Assembly: GCA_903929315.1 (NCBI GenBank)
Contig: CAIYUC010000002.1
Coordinates: 7,626 to 71,625 of the forward strand
Source: an uncultured Bacteroidales bacterium
Lineage (GTDB): Bacteria > Bacteroidota > Bacteroidia > Bacteroidales > FEN-979
DNA length: 64,000 nt
Reading direction: 5' to 3'
A program made the translations under genes and the position numbers. The notes beneath the pieces were generated by a model that had not been told where the DNA came from, ran no database searches, and saw only the letters and a program-made list of their open reading frames with translations. Shown piece after piece: positions 1 to 8,331 of this stretch (positions within the stretch are counted from its first letter, which is position 1; each line of letters opens with the position of its first letter).

Positions 1-1254
1 CTCCTTTTATTGCTTACCTTTTTTCTCGGGTTGTTGTCTGTTTTAATTTCATGGAAAGAGATCCGTGAACGGGTGGGTTTCTTTCACTTCAATATATTGT
101 GGATCCTGGCAGGTATTGCGGGTGTATTTCTGTCGATGGACCTGTTCCTCTTCTATTTCTTCTGGGAATTGATGCTGGTCCCCATGTATTTTCTGATCGG
201 TATCTGGGGGCATGAAAACCGTACCTATGCCTCCTACAAATTCTTTTTATACACCCAGGCGAGCGGCTTACTGATGTTTTTGTCAATACTTGCCCTCTAT
301 TTTATCCATGGAAGGAACACAGGGATCTTTACATTCGATTACCAGGAATTACTGGGTACTTCCATGTCAGCGCCCATTGCTTTCCTGCTGATGCTCGGGT
401 TTCTTGCTGCCTTCCTGGTGAAATTGCCTATCGTGCCTTTGCATAACTGGTTACCCGATGCACATACGGAAGCCCCGACGGCCGGCAGTGTTATTCTGGC
501 AGGCCTTATGCTCAAGACAGGCGCTTACGGATTGCTGCGTTTTGTAATCCCCCTGTTTCCTGAAGCATCTGTTCGTTTTGCACCGGCAGGGATGATCCTG
601 GGAGTGATCGGTATCTTATACGGCGCGAAACTTGCCTTTGCACAGACAGACTTGAAACGGCTGGTTGCCTATACCAGTGTCAGCCATATGGGTTTTGTCA
701 TGCTCGGTGTGTTTGCTTTCAATACGATCGCATATCAGGGAGTGGTCATGCAGATCATTGCACATGCGATAAGCACAGGGGCTTTGTTCATCCTGGTCGG
801 ACAGCTCCAGGAACGAATTCATACCCGTGATTTAAACCTGATGGGCGGATTATGGAAACAAACACCTGTCATGGGGGCCATGGGGCTTATCTTCGCAATG
901 GCCTCGCTCGGTTTGCCGGGATTAGCCAATTTTGTTGCTGAATTTCTTATCCTCACCGGGACTTTCAGGGCAAATATTCTCATGACCTGCCTGGCAAGCA
1001 TAGGACTGGTTGCTGCCACCATCTATTCGCTGAGGATTGTCCAGAAGGTTTTTCTTGGGAAAGAAGCCACGGTCTGGAAAATGAAGGATCTTTCGATCCG
1101 GGAGAAGATCGTCTGCGGCTCGCTGGTGATTGTCGTATTTTGGTTGGGTCTCTTTCCCCAACCAGTGATCAATACTGCAAAGCCATCTGTAATAAAGACC
1201 CTGAATTCAATAGAGCAGGTTTCAATTAACCAAAATACTAACCCCATCCCCTAA
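1..1254 (+). CDS. nuoM: NADH-quinone oxidoreductase subunit M (5' partial, runs off window)
   Basis: The frame is open from base 1. It is a polytopic membrane protein with typical NuoM/ND4 motifs (WLPDAHTEAPTAGSVILAG, KRLVAYTSVSHMGF) and is followed directly by nuoN. Confidence 0.9.
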   Translation, partial: LLLLLTFFLGLLSVLISWKEIRERVGFFHFNILWILAGIAGVFLSMDLFLFYFFWELMLVPMYFLIGIWGHENRTYASYKFFLYTQASGLLMFLSILALYFIHGRNTGIFTFDYQELLGTSMSAPIAFLLMLGFLAAFLVKLPIVPLHNWLPDAHTEAPTAGSVILAGLMLKTGAYGLLRFVIPLFPEASVRFAPAGMILGVIGILYGAKLAFAQTDLKRLVAYTSVSHMGFVMLGVFAFNTIAYQGVVMQIIAHAISTGALFILVGQLQERIHTRDLNLMGGLWKQTPVMGAMGLIFAMASLGLPGLANFVAEFLILTGTFRANILMTCLASIGLVAATIYSLRIVQKVFLGKEATVWKMKDLSIREKIVCGSLVIVVFWLGLFPQPVINTAKPSVIKTLNSIEQVSINQNTNPIP

Positions 1255-2676
1255 ATGTCACCCTCCGACTTTTTATGTCTTACACCGGTCATGATCATTG
1301 CAGGAGCACCCATCCTGATGATGCTCACCATTGCATTTACAAGGAACTATAAAGTAATTTATGGATTCTCGCTGACGGCCTTCAGTATTGCATTTTTGTC
1401 CCTCTTTTTCATCTTACCGGCTATCCCTTGCAGGATATCCACATTATTTATATTTGACCAATACAGCATCCTGTTTTCCGGAATAATAATTCTCGCAAGC
1501 TTGCTGATCACACTTTTATCGTACGATTACCTTTTGTACCAGGAAAGTGAAAAAGAAGAGTATTTTATTATTCTTTTTATTGCCTCCCTGGGCTCTCTAT
1601 TATTAGTGGCCGCCAGTAATTTTGTTACATTATTCCTTGGTTTGGAAATGCTCAGTATTTCGCTATATGTCCTGATCGCTTACCGGAGGTCCCGCGATCA
1701 CTCCATTGAAGCGGGAGTAAAATACCTGATCCTTGCATCCGTCTCATCCGCATTTCTATTATTCGGGATGGGATTGATTTACTTAGACACCGGTTCCCTC
1801 GAATTCGACAAAATAGTCCCGGCTTTGTCCTCCGCTGATCATTCCGCAACCCTTCTGTTTACAGGCTTCGGGATGATGATGGTTGGCATCGGGTTTAAAC
1901 TGGCATTGGTTCCTTTTCATATGTGGACACCCGACGTATACCAGGGAGCACCGGTTCCTGTTACCACGTATATTGCAACTGTTTCAAAAGGCGCTGTCAT
2001 GGCCCTGTTACTGAGGTTTTTCTTTGCCATCCGGGGATTTCAGAATCCCGGCTTTATTCTGATCATCACGATCCTTGCCATCCTCTCGATGTTTGTCGGG
2101 AACTTGCTGGCCCTCAGGCAACAAAACATAAAACGGATACTCGCTTATTCATCCATTGCCAACATGGGGTATCTTCTGGTCACCCTGCTGATCGGTAATG
2201 AAACGGGTATCCATGCAGCAATCTTTTATATTGTTTCTTATATTATTACCTCTCTCGGCGCTTTCGGTGTTATCACCCTCCTTTCAGACCGGCAGAACGA
2301 TGCCGACAAGCTTGAAAATTATAAGGGGTTATTCTGGAAACGCCCATGGGTGGCTATTGTATTTACACTCTCTTTACTGTCACTGGCAGGAATACCTTTA
2401 ACAACAGGGTTCATAGCAAAATTCTATATCGTGTTCACAGGGATAAATTCCGGCCTGTGGCTGCTTGTGATCAGCCTGATCATAAACAGTGTGATCGGGT
2501 TGTATTATTATCTCCGGGTTATAACCGCGCTTTTTTCGCCTGCCAATGAAGAAAAATTGCCTCCTGTTTCTCTCGCGGGTCATCTTGTACTGGGTATTGT
2601 CGCTGTCGGGATCGTCTGGCTGGGAGTTAATCCTGAAGGATTTCTCAGTTTAATTGCGCATTTCTCAGTACTATAA
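1255..2676 (+). CDS. nuoN: NADH-quinone oxidoreductase subunit N
   Basis: The ATG abuts the nuoM stop. Membrane protein with ND2/NuoN-like motifs (FHMWTPDVYQGAP, KRILAYSSIANMGY). Confidence 0.9.
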   Translation: MSPSDFLCLTPVMIIAGAPILMMLTIAFTRNYKVIYGFSLTAFSIAFLSLFFILPAIPCRISTLFIFDQYSILFSGIIILASLLITLLSYDYLLYQESEKEEYFIILFIASLGSLLLVAASNFVTLFLGLEMLSISLYVLIAYRRSRDHSIEAGVKYLILASVSSAFLLFGMGLIYLDTGSLEFDKIVPALSSADHSATLLFTGFGMMMVGIGFKLALVPFHMWTPDVYQGAPVPVTTYIATVSKGAVMALLLRFFFAIRGFQNPGFILIITILAILSMFVGNLLALRQQNIKRILAYSSIANMGYLLVTLLIGNETGIHAAIFYIVSYIITSLGAFGVITLLSDRQNDADKLENYKGLFWKRPWVAIVFTLSLLSLAGIPLTTGFIAKFYIVFTGINSGLWLLVISLIINSVIGLYYYLRVITALFSPANEEKLPPVSLAGHLVLGIVAVGIVWLGVNPEGFLSLIAHFSVL

Positions 2677-2700
2677 GACCAGCGGATTACGAATTAATAA

Positions 2701-2802
2701 CAGATGCTGGATACTCGATGCTGGATACTCGATGTTTTACTATTGCCTGGTGCCTGGTGCCTATTGCCTTGTACTTTACCTGGCATCCGGCATCCAGCAT
2801 CC
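2701..2802. repeat. Stutter array: 14-nt gctggatactcgat x2, heptamers tgcctgg x4, catccgg/catccag
   Basis: Read directly from the sequence. 2701-2775 is the near reverse complement of 3440-3510 on the other side of pth. Confidence 0.85.
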
Positions 2803-3390
2803 CTATTTTATCTCCTCCAAATCATTACCTTTGGTGTTATATATGTTCATAGTTCTTTCTACACCAATCGTCCCAAAGCTCTTAATGAGCTCTACCGCCT
2901 TGTCGATCTGAGGAAGTATGATCTTTTCTTCCTCCTTTGTCCACCGGCTTAGAACATAATCCACCTGGTATCCTTTGGCAAATTCATTTCCTATTCCAAC
3001 ACGCAGTCGAGGGAATTCAGTAGTACCAAGAAGTTCAATGATGCTGATCAGACCGTTATGTCCCCCGTCGCTTCCTTTTTTCCGGAGGCGCAATGTGCCT
3101 AATGGGAGAGCAAGATCATCGGTAATGACCAGGCAATCCCCGGGAAGTATCTTTTCCTTATTCAGCCAGTATCTCACCGCCTTACCGCTTAAATTCATAT
3201 AGGTAGACGGCTTGATAACGATGAATGATCTTCCTTTATATGAAATTTCTGCTACCGAGGCATACCGTGCGGGTTTAAATTTTGCCTTGAAATAGTAAGC
3301 AAATGCATCCGCAATAATGAAACCGATGTTATGCCGTGTATTCGCATATTCATCACCGATGTTACCAAGGCCGGCTATTAGGAACTTCAT
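2803..3390 (-). CDS. pth: Peptidyl-tRNA hydrolase
   Basis: 195 aa. The N-terminus MKFLIAGLGNIGDEYANTRHNIGF and GHNG motif are typical of Pth. It lies in a conserved prs-ctc-pth arrangement. Confidence 0.93.
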   Translation of the reverse strand: MKFLIAGLGNIGDEYANTRHNIGFIIADAFAYYFKAKFKPARYASVAEISYKGRSFIVIKPSTYMNLSGKAVRYWLNKEKILPGDCLVITDDLALPLGTLRLRKKGSDGGHNGLISIIELLGTTEFPRLRVGIGNEFAKGYQVDYVLSRWTKEEEKIILPQIDKAVELIKSFGTIGVERTMNIYNTKGNDLEEIK

Positions 3391-3432
3391 ATTCTCTTAT
3401 TCGTAATTCATACCTTATGCCAGGTAACAAAG

Positions 3433-3517
3433 AAGGCATTAGGCAATAGGCAATAGGCAATAGTAAAACATCGAGTATCCAGCATCGAGTATCGAGCATC
3501 CAGCATCTGCCGGCAAT
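3433..3517. repeat. Stutter array (ggcaata x3; tcgagta/tccagca heptamers), inverted partner of 2701-2775
   Basis: ggcaataggcaataggcaatagtaaaacatcgagtatccagcatcgagtatcgagcatccagcatctgccggcaa. The right half recurs at 4258-4298. Confidence 0.85.
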
Positions 3518-3533
3518 TCCCGCACAATATATG

Positions 3534-4175
3534 CTATTCCTTCTTCCCTTCTTCCTTCTTCTCAGGAGCGCCTTCAACGGGGACAGCGCCTTCTTCAGTA
3601 ACAACTTCACCGGCAGGTACTTCTTCAATAACCGCACGGGCTGTTCTTACGCCGACAATCACACTGTTCGGGGGGTCAAGGAAGGTCACATCGTCTCTTT
3701 TTATATCGCTTACCTTGACAGAATCGCCGATTTCAAGGGTGTCAATACCGATCATTATATAATCCGGAAGATCTTTTGCCATAGCTTTGATCTTCAGCTT
3801 ACGCATTTTGAAGATAAACCGTCCGCCTTTCAGGACACCGGGGGCGGTGCCTTCGATCTTGACCGGAATGGCGATCGTTACAGGTTTATCGGCCGGGAGT
3901 TCGAGAAAGTCAGCATGGAGTATCCGATCCGTCACCGGGTGATACTGCACGTCCTGGATAATTGTGTCGTGCTCTGTTCCTCCGATCCCAAGTTTTACAA
4001 GATATACTTCCGGGGTAAAGATGATCTTCCTGAATTGCTTATCATCAACAACAAAGTGAATTTGTTCCTTGCCTCCGTATAATACACAAGGAATTTTGCC
4101 TTCAACCCGGTGTTTTTTAGCATCTTTTTTCCCTACGTTCTCTCTCAGAGAACCGCTCAATGATACTGTTTTCAT
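3534..4175 (-). CDS. rplY: 50S ribosomal protein L25 / general stress protein Ctc
   Basis: 213 aa with an L25/Ctc-type N-terminal region (GKIPCVLYGG, HFVVD, LHADF) and an acidic/lysine-rich tail. Confidence 0.88.
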   Translation of the reverse strand: MKTVSLSGSLRENVGKKDAKKHRVEGKIPCVLYGGKEQIHFVVDDKQFRKIIFTPEVYLVKLGIGGTEHDTIIQDVQYHPVTDRILHADFLELPADKPVTIAIPVKIEGTAPGVLKGGRFIFKMRKLKIKAMAKDLPDYIMIGIDTLEIGDSVKVSDIKRDDVTFLDPPNSVIVGVRTARAVIEEVPAGEVVTEEGAVPVEGAPEKKEEGKKE

Positions 4176-4257
4176 ATTATTAATTGTTAAAATATTAAAT
4201 TATTAAATTGTTGATTTATTGATTGTTGATTATTTTTTTGACTAACTAAGCAAATTC

Positions 4258-4298
4258 TATCGAGTATCGAGCATCCAGTATCGAGTATCAGCCGGCAA
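4258..4298. repeat. Heptamer stutter array tcgagta/tcgagca/tccagta followed by gccggcaa
   Basis: Direct-repeat relative of 3470-3517. It sits between the prs stop and the ctc start. Confidence 0.8.
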
Positions 4299-4324
4299 AT
4301 TGATAATGCTCAGCAAACCGAATC

Positions 4325-5263
4325 CTACTCATCAAATCTGAATAACGAACTAATCGACTCATGAGATTCTACTCTTTTTATTACTTCTGCAAACAACTCT
4401 GCCGTCGACAGCACCTTGATCTTGCTGCTTTCTTTCCGCAACGGAATGGTATCTGTAACAACCAGCTCCAATAACTCCGATTTCTCGATCCGCTCGTAGG
4501 AATTCTGTGACAGCAGCGGATGGGTGCAGATCGCCCTGACGCTATTGGCGCCATTTTCCATGATCACTTGTGCGGCTCTTGTAAGCGTTCCTGCTGTGTC
4601 AATAATATCGTCAGCAAGAACCACATCGCGGCCCTCCACATCCCCGACCAGCGCCATTTTTTCCACCTCGTTCGGTTTTCCTCTTTGTTTGTAACAGATG
4701 ACGAAATCCGAATGCAGGAATTTAGCATATGATGCAACTCTCCGGGTTCCGCCGGTATCGGGGGAAGCCATGGTAAGGTTCGGCAGGTTGAGTTTTCTCA
4801 GGTAGGGTACAAAGATGGAGGAAGCATAAAGATGATCCACAGGGACATCGAAAAAGCCTTGTATCTGATCAGCGTGAAGATCGAGGGTGATGACACGTTG
4901 AACGCCTGCAGTTGATAACAGGTTTGCGATCATCTTGGAGGCGATCGAAACCCTGGGTTTATCCTTTCTATCCTGTCGTGCATACCCGAAATAGGGGATG
5001 ACTGCTATAATATTTCGTGCAGAAGCCCGCCGTGCCGCGTCGATCAGCATCAGGAGCTCCATCAGGTTATTTGCCGGAGCAAATGTTGATTGAACGATAA
5101 AGATGTCATTTCCCCTGATATTTTCTTCAAATGAAGGTTGAAATTCACCATCGCAAAAGTCAACCGTCACTACTCTTCCAAGATCTGTTCCATAGCGCAT
5201 GGCAATCTTCTCAGCCAGGTAATGAGTAGCTCTGCCTGCGAATATTTTAACATTTTTGGACAT
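4325..5263 (-). CDS. prs: Ribose-phosphate pyrophosphokinase
   Basis: 312 aa with PRPP synthetase motifs (IPYFGYARQDRK, DLHADQIQGFF, ADDIIDTAGT). Confidence 0.93.
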   Translation of the reverse strand: MSKNVKIFAGRATHYLAEKIAMRYGTDLGRVVTVDFCDGEFQPSFEENIRGNDIFIVQSTFAPANNLMELLMLIDAARRASARNIIAVIPYFGYARQDRKDKPRVSIASKMIANLLSTAGVQRVITLDLHADQIQGFFDVPVDHLYASSIFVPYLRKLNLPNLTMASPDTGGTRRVASYAKFLHSDFVICYKQRGKPNEVEKMALVGDVEGRDVVLADDIIDTAGTLTRAAQVIMENGANSVRAICTHPLLSQNSYERIEKSELLELVVTDTIPLRKESSKIKVLSTAELFAEVIKRVESHESISSLFRFDE

Positions 5264-5529
5264 ATTGGGGATATTTACAATGAGCCTGCGAAATTAAAGT
5301 ATTCTTTGTTAGTCACCAAATTAATGGAAAGAGATTGTTTTTCGATTGTTATTCAATGGTTATTCAATAGTTATTCATTGTTACTTTAGTTATTGGTAAT
5401 TATAGTCATTATGGTAATTATGGTTAATTTTCTACCTTTGTGGCCAGCCCCACCCCTGACCCCTCCCCTTCTGGGGAGGGGAAGGAGTTCACACACACAC
5501 TTCGATCACACTCAAACCCACACCTCCCT

Positions 5530-5613
5530 GCCCGGGTGGCGGAATAGGTAGACGCGTTGGTCTCAAAAACCAATGAGAGCAATCTCGTATCGGTTCGATT
5601 CCGATCCCGGGTA
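5530..5613 (+). tRNA. tRNA-Leu (anticodon CAA), type II with long variable arm
   Basis: - Acceptor stem GCCCGGG/CCCGGGT.
- Anticodon stem TTGGT/ACCAA with loop CTCAAAA (U33, CAA, A37).
- Long variable arm.
- T-arm ATCGG-TTCGATT-CCGAT.
- CCA is not encoded.
- A TACCTTTG -7 box lies at 5433-5440. Confidence 0.9.
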
Positions 5614-5700
5614 CAAGTTCAAGTGCGAAGTGTAAAGTGTGAAGTCCAAAATAATTCGCACTTCACACTTTGGACTTAAGACTTAACATTTAGCACTTCA
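5614..5700. repeat. gtgcgaa/gtgtaaa/gtgtgaa heptamer array forming a hairpin (aaagtgtgaagt ... acttcacacttt)
   Basis: A 12-bp stem is read directly. The first ~35 nt match the sequence following the tRNA fragment at 22111-22145. The right part encodes the last ~10 aa of the 5676-6089 ORF. Confidence 0.8.
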
Positions 5701-6089
5701 CACTTTCCCGTAGTTTCAATCTTTTCCTTCATTTTTCTTTTAATTGAAGAAAAAAGTCTGACAAGTTGTTCAATTTCGTTTCTCAGTTGTTCAGATTCTT
5801 TTTCCTCAAGGACATTGATTCTTATAAGATAATCTATCCAAAACAAGGTTTCATCCGATTCTTCAACGACAATGCAGATTTTCGAATAGAATTCAGCATC
5901 CGATCGACCCCGGGTTGCAGACCTGTAATTCGCAGCAACAGAAGAAGAGCTTCGAATGAGTTGATTGATAATGGGCCTGTCGATTGACTTAACCTCTGTT
6001 GACATTAACATTTTGCGAACATTCACTGCCATAATTATGGTTCTTTCCCGAATCTGTTCGTTAAATTGTTTCTTCTCTGACTGATCCAT
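5676..6089 (-). CDS. Four-helix-bundle protein (23S rRNA intervening-sequence protein family)
   Basis: 137 aa. Family-typical core QLIRSSSSVAANYRSATRGRSDAEFYSKICIVVEESDETLFWIDYL. Confidence 0.8.
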   Translation of the reverse strand: MDQSEKKQFNEQIRERTIIMAVNVRKMLMSTEVKSIDRPIINQLIRSSSSVAANYRSATRGRSDAEFYSKICIVVEESDETLFWIDYLIRINVLEEKESEQLRNEIEQLVRLFSSIKRKMKEKIETTGKCEVLNVKS

Positions 6090-6154
6090 AGAATTTTTTT
6101 TATTAATCGGTCGAAAACTAAAAGGTAATACTGTTCAAGTAAAAAATATATAAG

Positions 6155-6196
6155 GTGTGAAGTCCGAAATATTTCGCACTTTACACTTCAGACTTA
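6155..6196. repeat. Direct copy (37/42 by eye) of 5637-5678 hairpin element
   Basis: gtgtgaagtccgaaatatttcgcactttacacttcagactta versus gtgtgaagtccaaaataattcgcacttcacactttggactta. The two copies bracket the four-helix-bundle gene. Confidence 0.8.
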
Positions 6197-6439
6197 TCAG
6201 TCACACTCCAAACCCATTGCTCCAATTGATAAATATCGTTACACAGAGGTTCATTGAGATTACACTGTGAACCACAAAGTTCGTAATTCGTAATTATCCG
6301 GCATCCAGCATCCAGCATCTCTTTTTTCATCTGTCATCTTTTCTTTAACTCACCAGTTCACCACCGCACCACTTAAAAGTTATTAACAATCCTATCACCT
6401 ATTCCTCTGTCGACCGATTAAGTCTAAAAACGACAGATT

Positions 6440-6793
6440 ATGAAAAAACCAAATGACCTTGAACAAGTCGCTTACGACTTCGCGCTTGCGCTATTCAGAA
6501 TGAGGGATTTATATCCTAAAGAAGAAAAATGTGGACTGGCAATGGAAATGGTTACGGAAGCTGTTTCTGTTTGTGCCTGTATTTCAACGGCAATGCAGTT
6601 GAACGATGAAGATGTAAAAAATGAACTTCTTCTAAAAGCATTCAGTGCTACCTTCAGGATTGAGGTTATGCTTGCAATATCCAGGGATTTGAATTGGCCT
6701 AAAGCCATTGATAAACCGTTAAATACTTTGGAGAAAATCAGAAACGGACTGGAAGAAATTTTAGGCACTATAACATATGAAATTCCCAAATAA
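6440..6793 (+). CDS. Hypothetical protein, possibly a divergent four-helix-bundle family member
   Basis: 117 aa and predicted all-helical. Only weak resemblance to the 23S-IVS family layout. Sits 6 nt upstream of the next ORF. Confidence 0.4.
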   Translation: MKKPNDLEQVAYDFALALFRMRDLYPKEEKCGLAMEMVTEAVSVCACISTAMQLNDEDVKNELLLKAFSATFRIEVMLAISRDLNWPKAIDKPLNTLEKIRNGLEEILGTITYEIPK

Positions 6794-6798
6794 CGATC

Positions 6799-7260
6799 AT
6801 GGACCGATATATCAAACTACTGATTGGGGATCTTGAAGAGATTTGCCATCAACCGATTCCTCTTCCTTATCTTGAAATTCCACCCGAAATGCAGGATTTT
6901 CCAGAGGTGGCTGAATTTGAGATTGGACCAACCAAACCTATCTCAGAATGGATTGGAATGGATACAAAGAAATTTCCCGGAAAGCAATTTCTTAAACATG
7001 AGCAGATGGACAAACTCAGCCTGGCAATGTTGAAAGCCTTTCAGACAATTAACGTTGCCATTGATTTACCGGAAAATCTACCCTCAGAAGCAAAATATGA
7101 TCTGCTCTTATCGTCCTGGAATAACCCTGTGCCATACCTTTCCGGACCCGGCTTCCATCTGGACTTTTGTACCGGTGATTGTGATAGTTGCCAGATCAGT
7201 AAGTATTGTAAATGTCACGAAAAGATAGATCCGGAAGATGTTAAGGAAAATGGTACCTAA
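6799..7260 (+). CDS. Hypothetical protein with C-terminal Cys cluster (CTGDCDSCQISKYCKC)
   Basis: 153-aa ORF tightly following 6440-6793. No family recognised. Confidence 0.45.
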   Translation: MDRYIKLLIGDLEEICHQPIPLPYLEIPPEMQDFPEVAEFEIGPTKPISEWIGMDTKKFPGKQFLKHEQMDKLSLAMLKAFQTINVAIDLPENLPSEAKYDLLLSSWNNPVPYLSGPGFHLDFCTGDCDSCQISKYCKCHEKIDPEDVKENGT

Positions 7261-7366
7261 ATTCAAATCAGCAACAATAAGGCGTAATTATCTGACACCC
7301 GGCTTCCGGTATCTGATATCTGTTTTTACTGTTCAGTACATTAATCCATCCAACCTTAATATTGTT

Positions 7367-7374
7367 TACTTTTG
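7367..7374 (+). promoter_or_regulatory. Bacteroidota-type -7 promoter box TACTTTTG (TAnnTTTG)
   Basis: Lies 15 nt upstream of the hicB ATG. The same box type precedes 24436 (24399-24406), 39300 (39277-39284), 40246 (40237-40244), 52338 (52314-52321), and 20917 on the minus strand (20957-20964). Confidence 0.5.
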
Positions 7375-7388
7375 TAGAAAAAACAGAC

Positions 7389-7613
7389 ATGGCAAGTAAA
7401 AGGTCATATACTGCAATAATTGAAAAAACAAACGATGGATGGTATGTTGGACAGGTTCAGGAACATCCCGAAGCTTTAACGCAAGGAAAAACAATGGAAG
7501 AATTAGAGTCCAACCTTTCAGATGCATTGAAGGAAGTACTGGAAATGAAGAAGGAAGAGGTTAATAAACAAACCAGAGGGAAGAAGGTTTTCAGAAGAAA
7601 GATTCTTGTATAG
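7389..7613 (+). CDS. hicB: HicB-family antitoxin
   Basis: MASKRSYTAIIEKTNDGWYVGQVQEHPEALTQGKTMEELESNLSDALKEVL is the UPF0150/HicB N-terminal fold pattern. The stop overlaps the hicA GTG (TAGTG). Confidence 0.8.
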   Translation: MASKRSYTAIIEKTNDGWYVGQVQEHPEALTQGKTMEELESNLSDALKEVLEMKKEEVNKQTRGKKVFRRKILV

Positions 7614-7802
7614 TGAAACGGAATGAGTTTGTTAAATATCTTGAAGTTCATAATTGTCATCTTTACCGGGAAGGCAGAAAACATCCGGTTTATGTAAATA
7701 CTACAAACGGAAAAAAAAACAACGGTACCGCGCCATTCTGAAATATCTGACCGGCTTTGTGTGAAAATCTGTATCCAGCTTGATATTCCGAAAATCAAAT
7801 AG
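7613..7802 (+). pseudogene. hicA: HicA-family toxin, frameshifted in an A9 run
   Basis: Frame 1 gives VKRNEFVKYLEVHNCHLYREGRKHPVYVNTTNGKK, then a stop. After the gga-aaaaaaaa-c run, another frame gives TVPRHSEISDRLCVKICIQLDIPKIK*, the canonical HicA C-terminus. Confidence 0.75.
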
Positions 7803-8042
7803 CCAATATAATAAATCAGTTCTGAAATTTTATATGTGCAAATCCTACCCAATAATTGGCAGTCAGCAATAAGGTGGGGTTTGAGTGTGGAGGTTTCGCT
7901 TTTTTTATTCACACCCTTACCCAAAACCCAAACACCATACTCACACTTCCACCACACACAAACTTCCCAGCCTCATCCTTGGCCTCTCCCCATTCGGGGA
8001 GGGAAATGTTCACACCCACACTACCTCCACACCCAAACTCAC

Positions 8043-8126
8043 ACCTGATCGGCGGAATAGGTAGACGCGTTGGTCTCAAAAACCAATGAGAGCAATCTCG
8101 TGCCGGTTCGATTCCGGCTCCGGGTA
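8043..8126 (+). tRNA. tRNA-Leu(CAA)-like copy with defective acceptor stem (probable pseudo-tRNA / att remnant)
   Basis: Identical to tRNA 5530-5613 from position 9 through the variable arm, with T-arm GCCGG-TTCGATT-CCGGC. However, the 5' acceptor ACCTGAT mismatches the 3' TCCGGGT at 6:67 and 7:66, and position 8 is C rather than U. Confidence 0.65.
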
Positions 8127-8331
8127 CATGCAAAGCAGATTAGTAAGCTGACAATCAGTCAATTATTTAATTACTAATTTGTTACGGTAAGAATAAGGGT
8201 AAGAATTTGTACATGAAAGGCTGGTGAAAACCGGCCCTTTGTCTTTTCTGGTATTTCCAAAAATATAACATCCAAACTTCTTCAACCGAAATTTCCATTT
8301 CGGAAAATCTAAAGCAAATTACATTTGATCG

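Noticed and set aside
2654-2952. Plus-strand ORFs 2654-2911 and 2704-2952 (82-85 aa), and similarly 3362-3637, 13895-14183, 39066-39287 and 62282-62473
   Set aside because: They are translations of the stutter arrays, with periodic low-complexity peptides such as CWILDAGYS or RNEWPTLL. They overlap well-supported genes or terminators and have no start context.
7457-7957. 166-aa minus-strand ORF across the hicBA locus
   Set aside because: It lies antisense to a recognisable HicB/HicA pair and runs into the 'cacac' leader repeat. It resembles no family, so it is most likely a shadow ORF.
8043-8126. Second functional tRNA-Leu gene
   Set aside because: The 5' acceptor strand does not pair at 6:67 and 7:66, and the invariant U8 is C. 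It is treated as a pseudo-tRNA/integration remnant, though a tRNA scanner may still report it.
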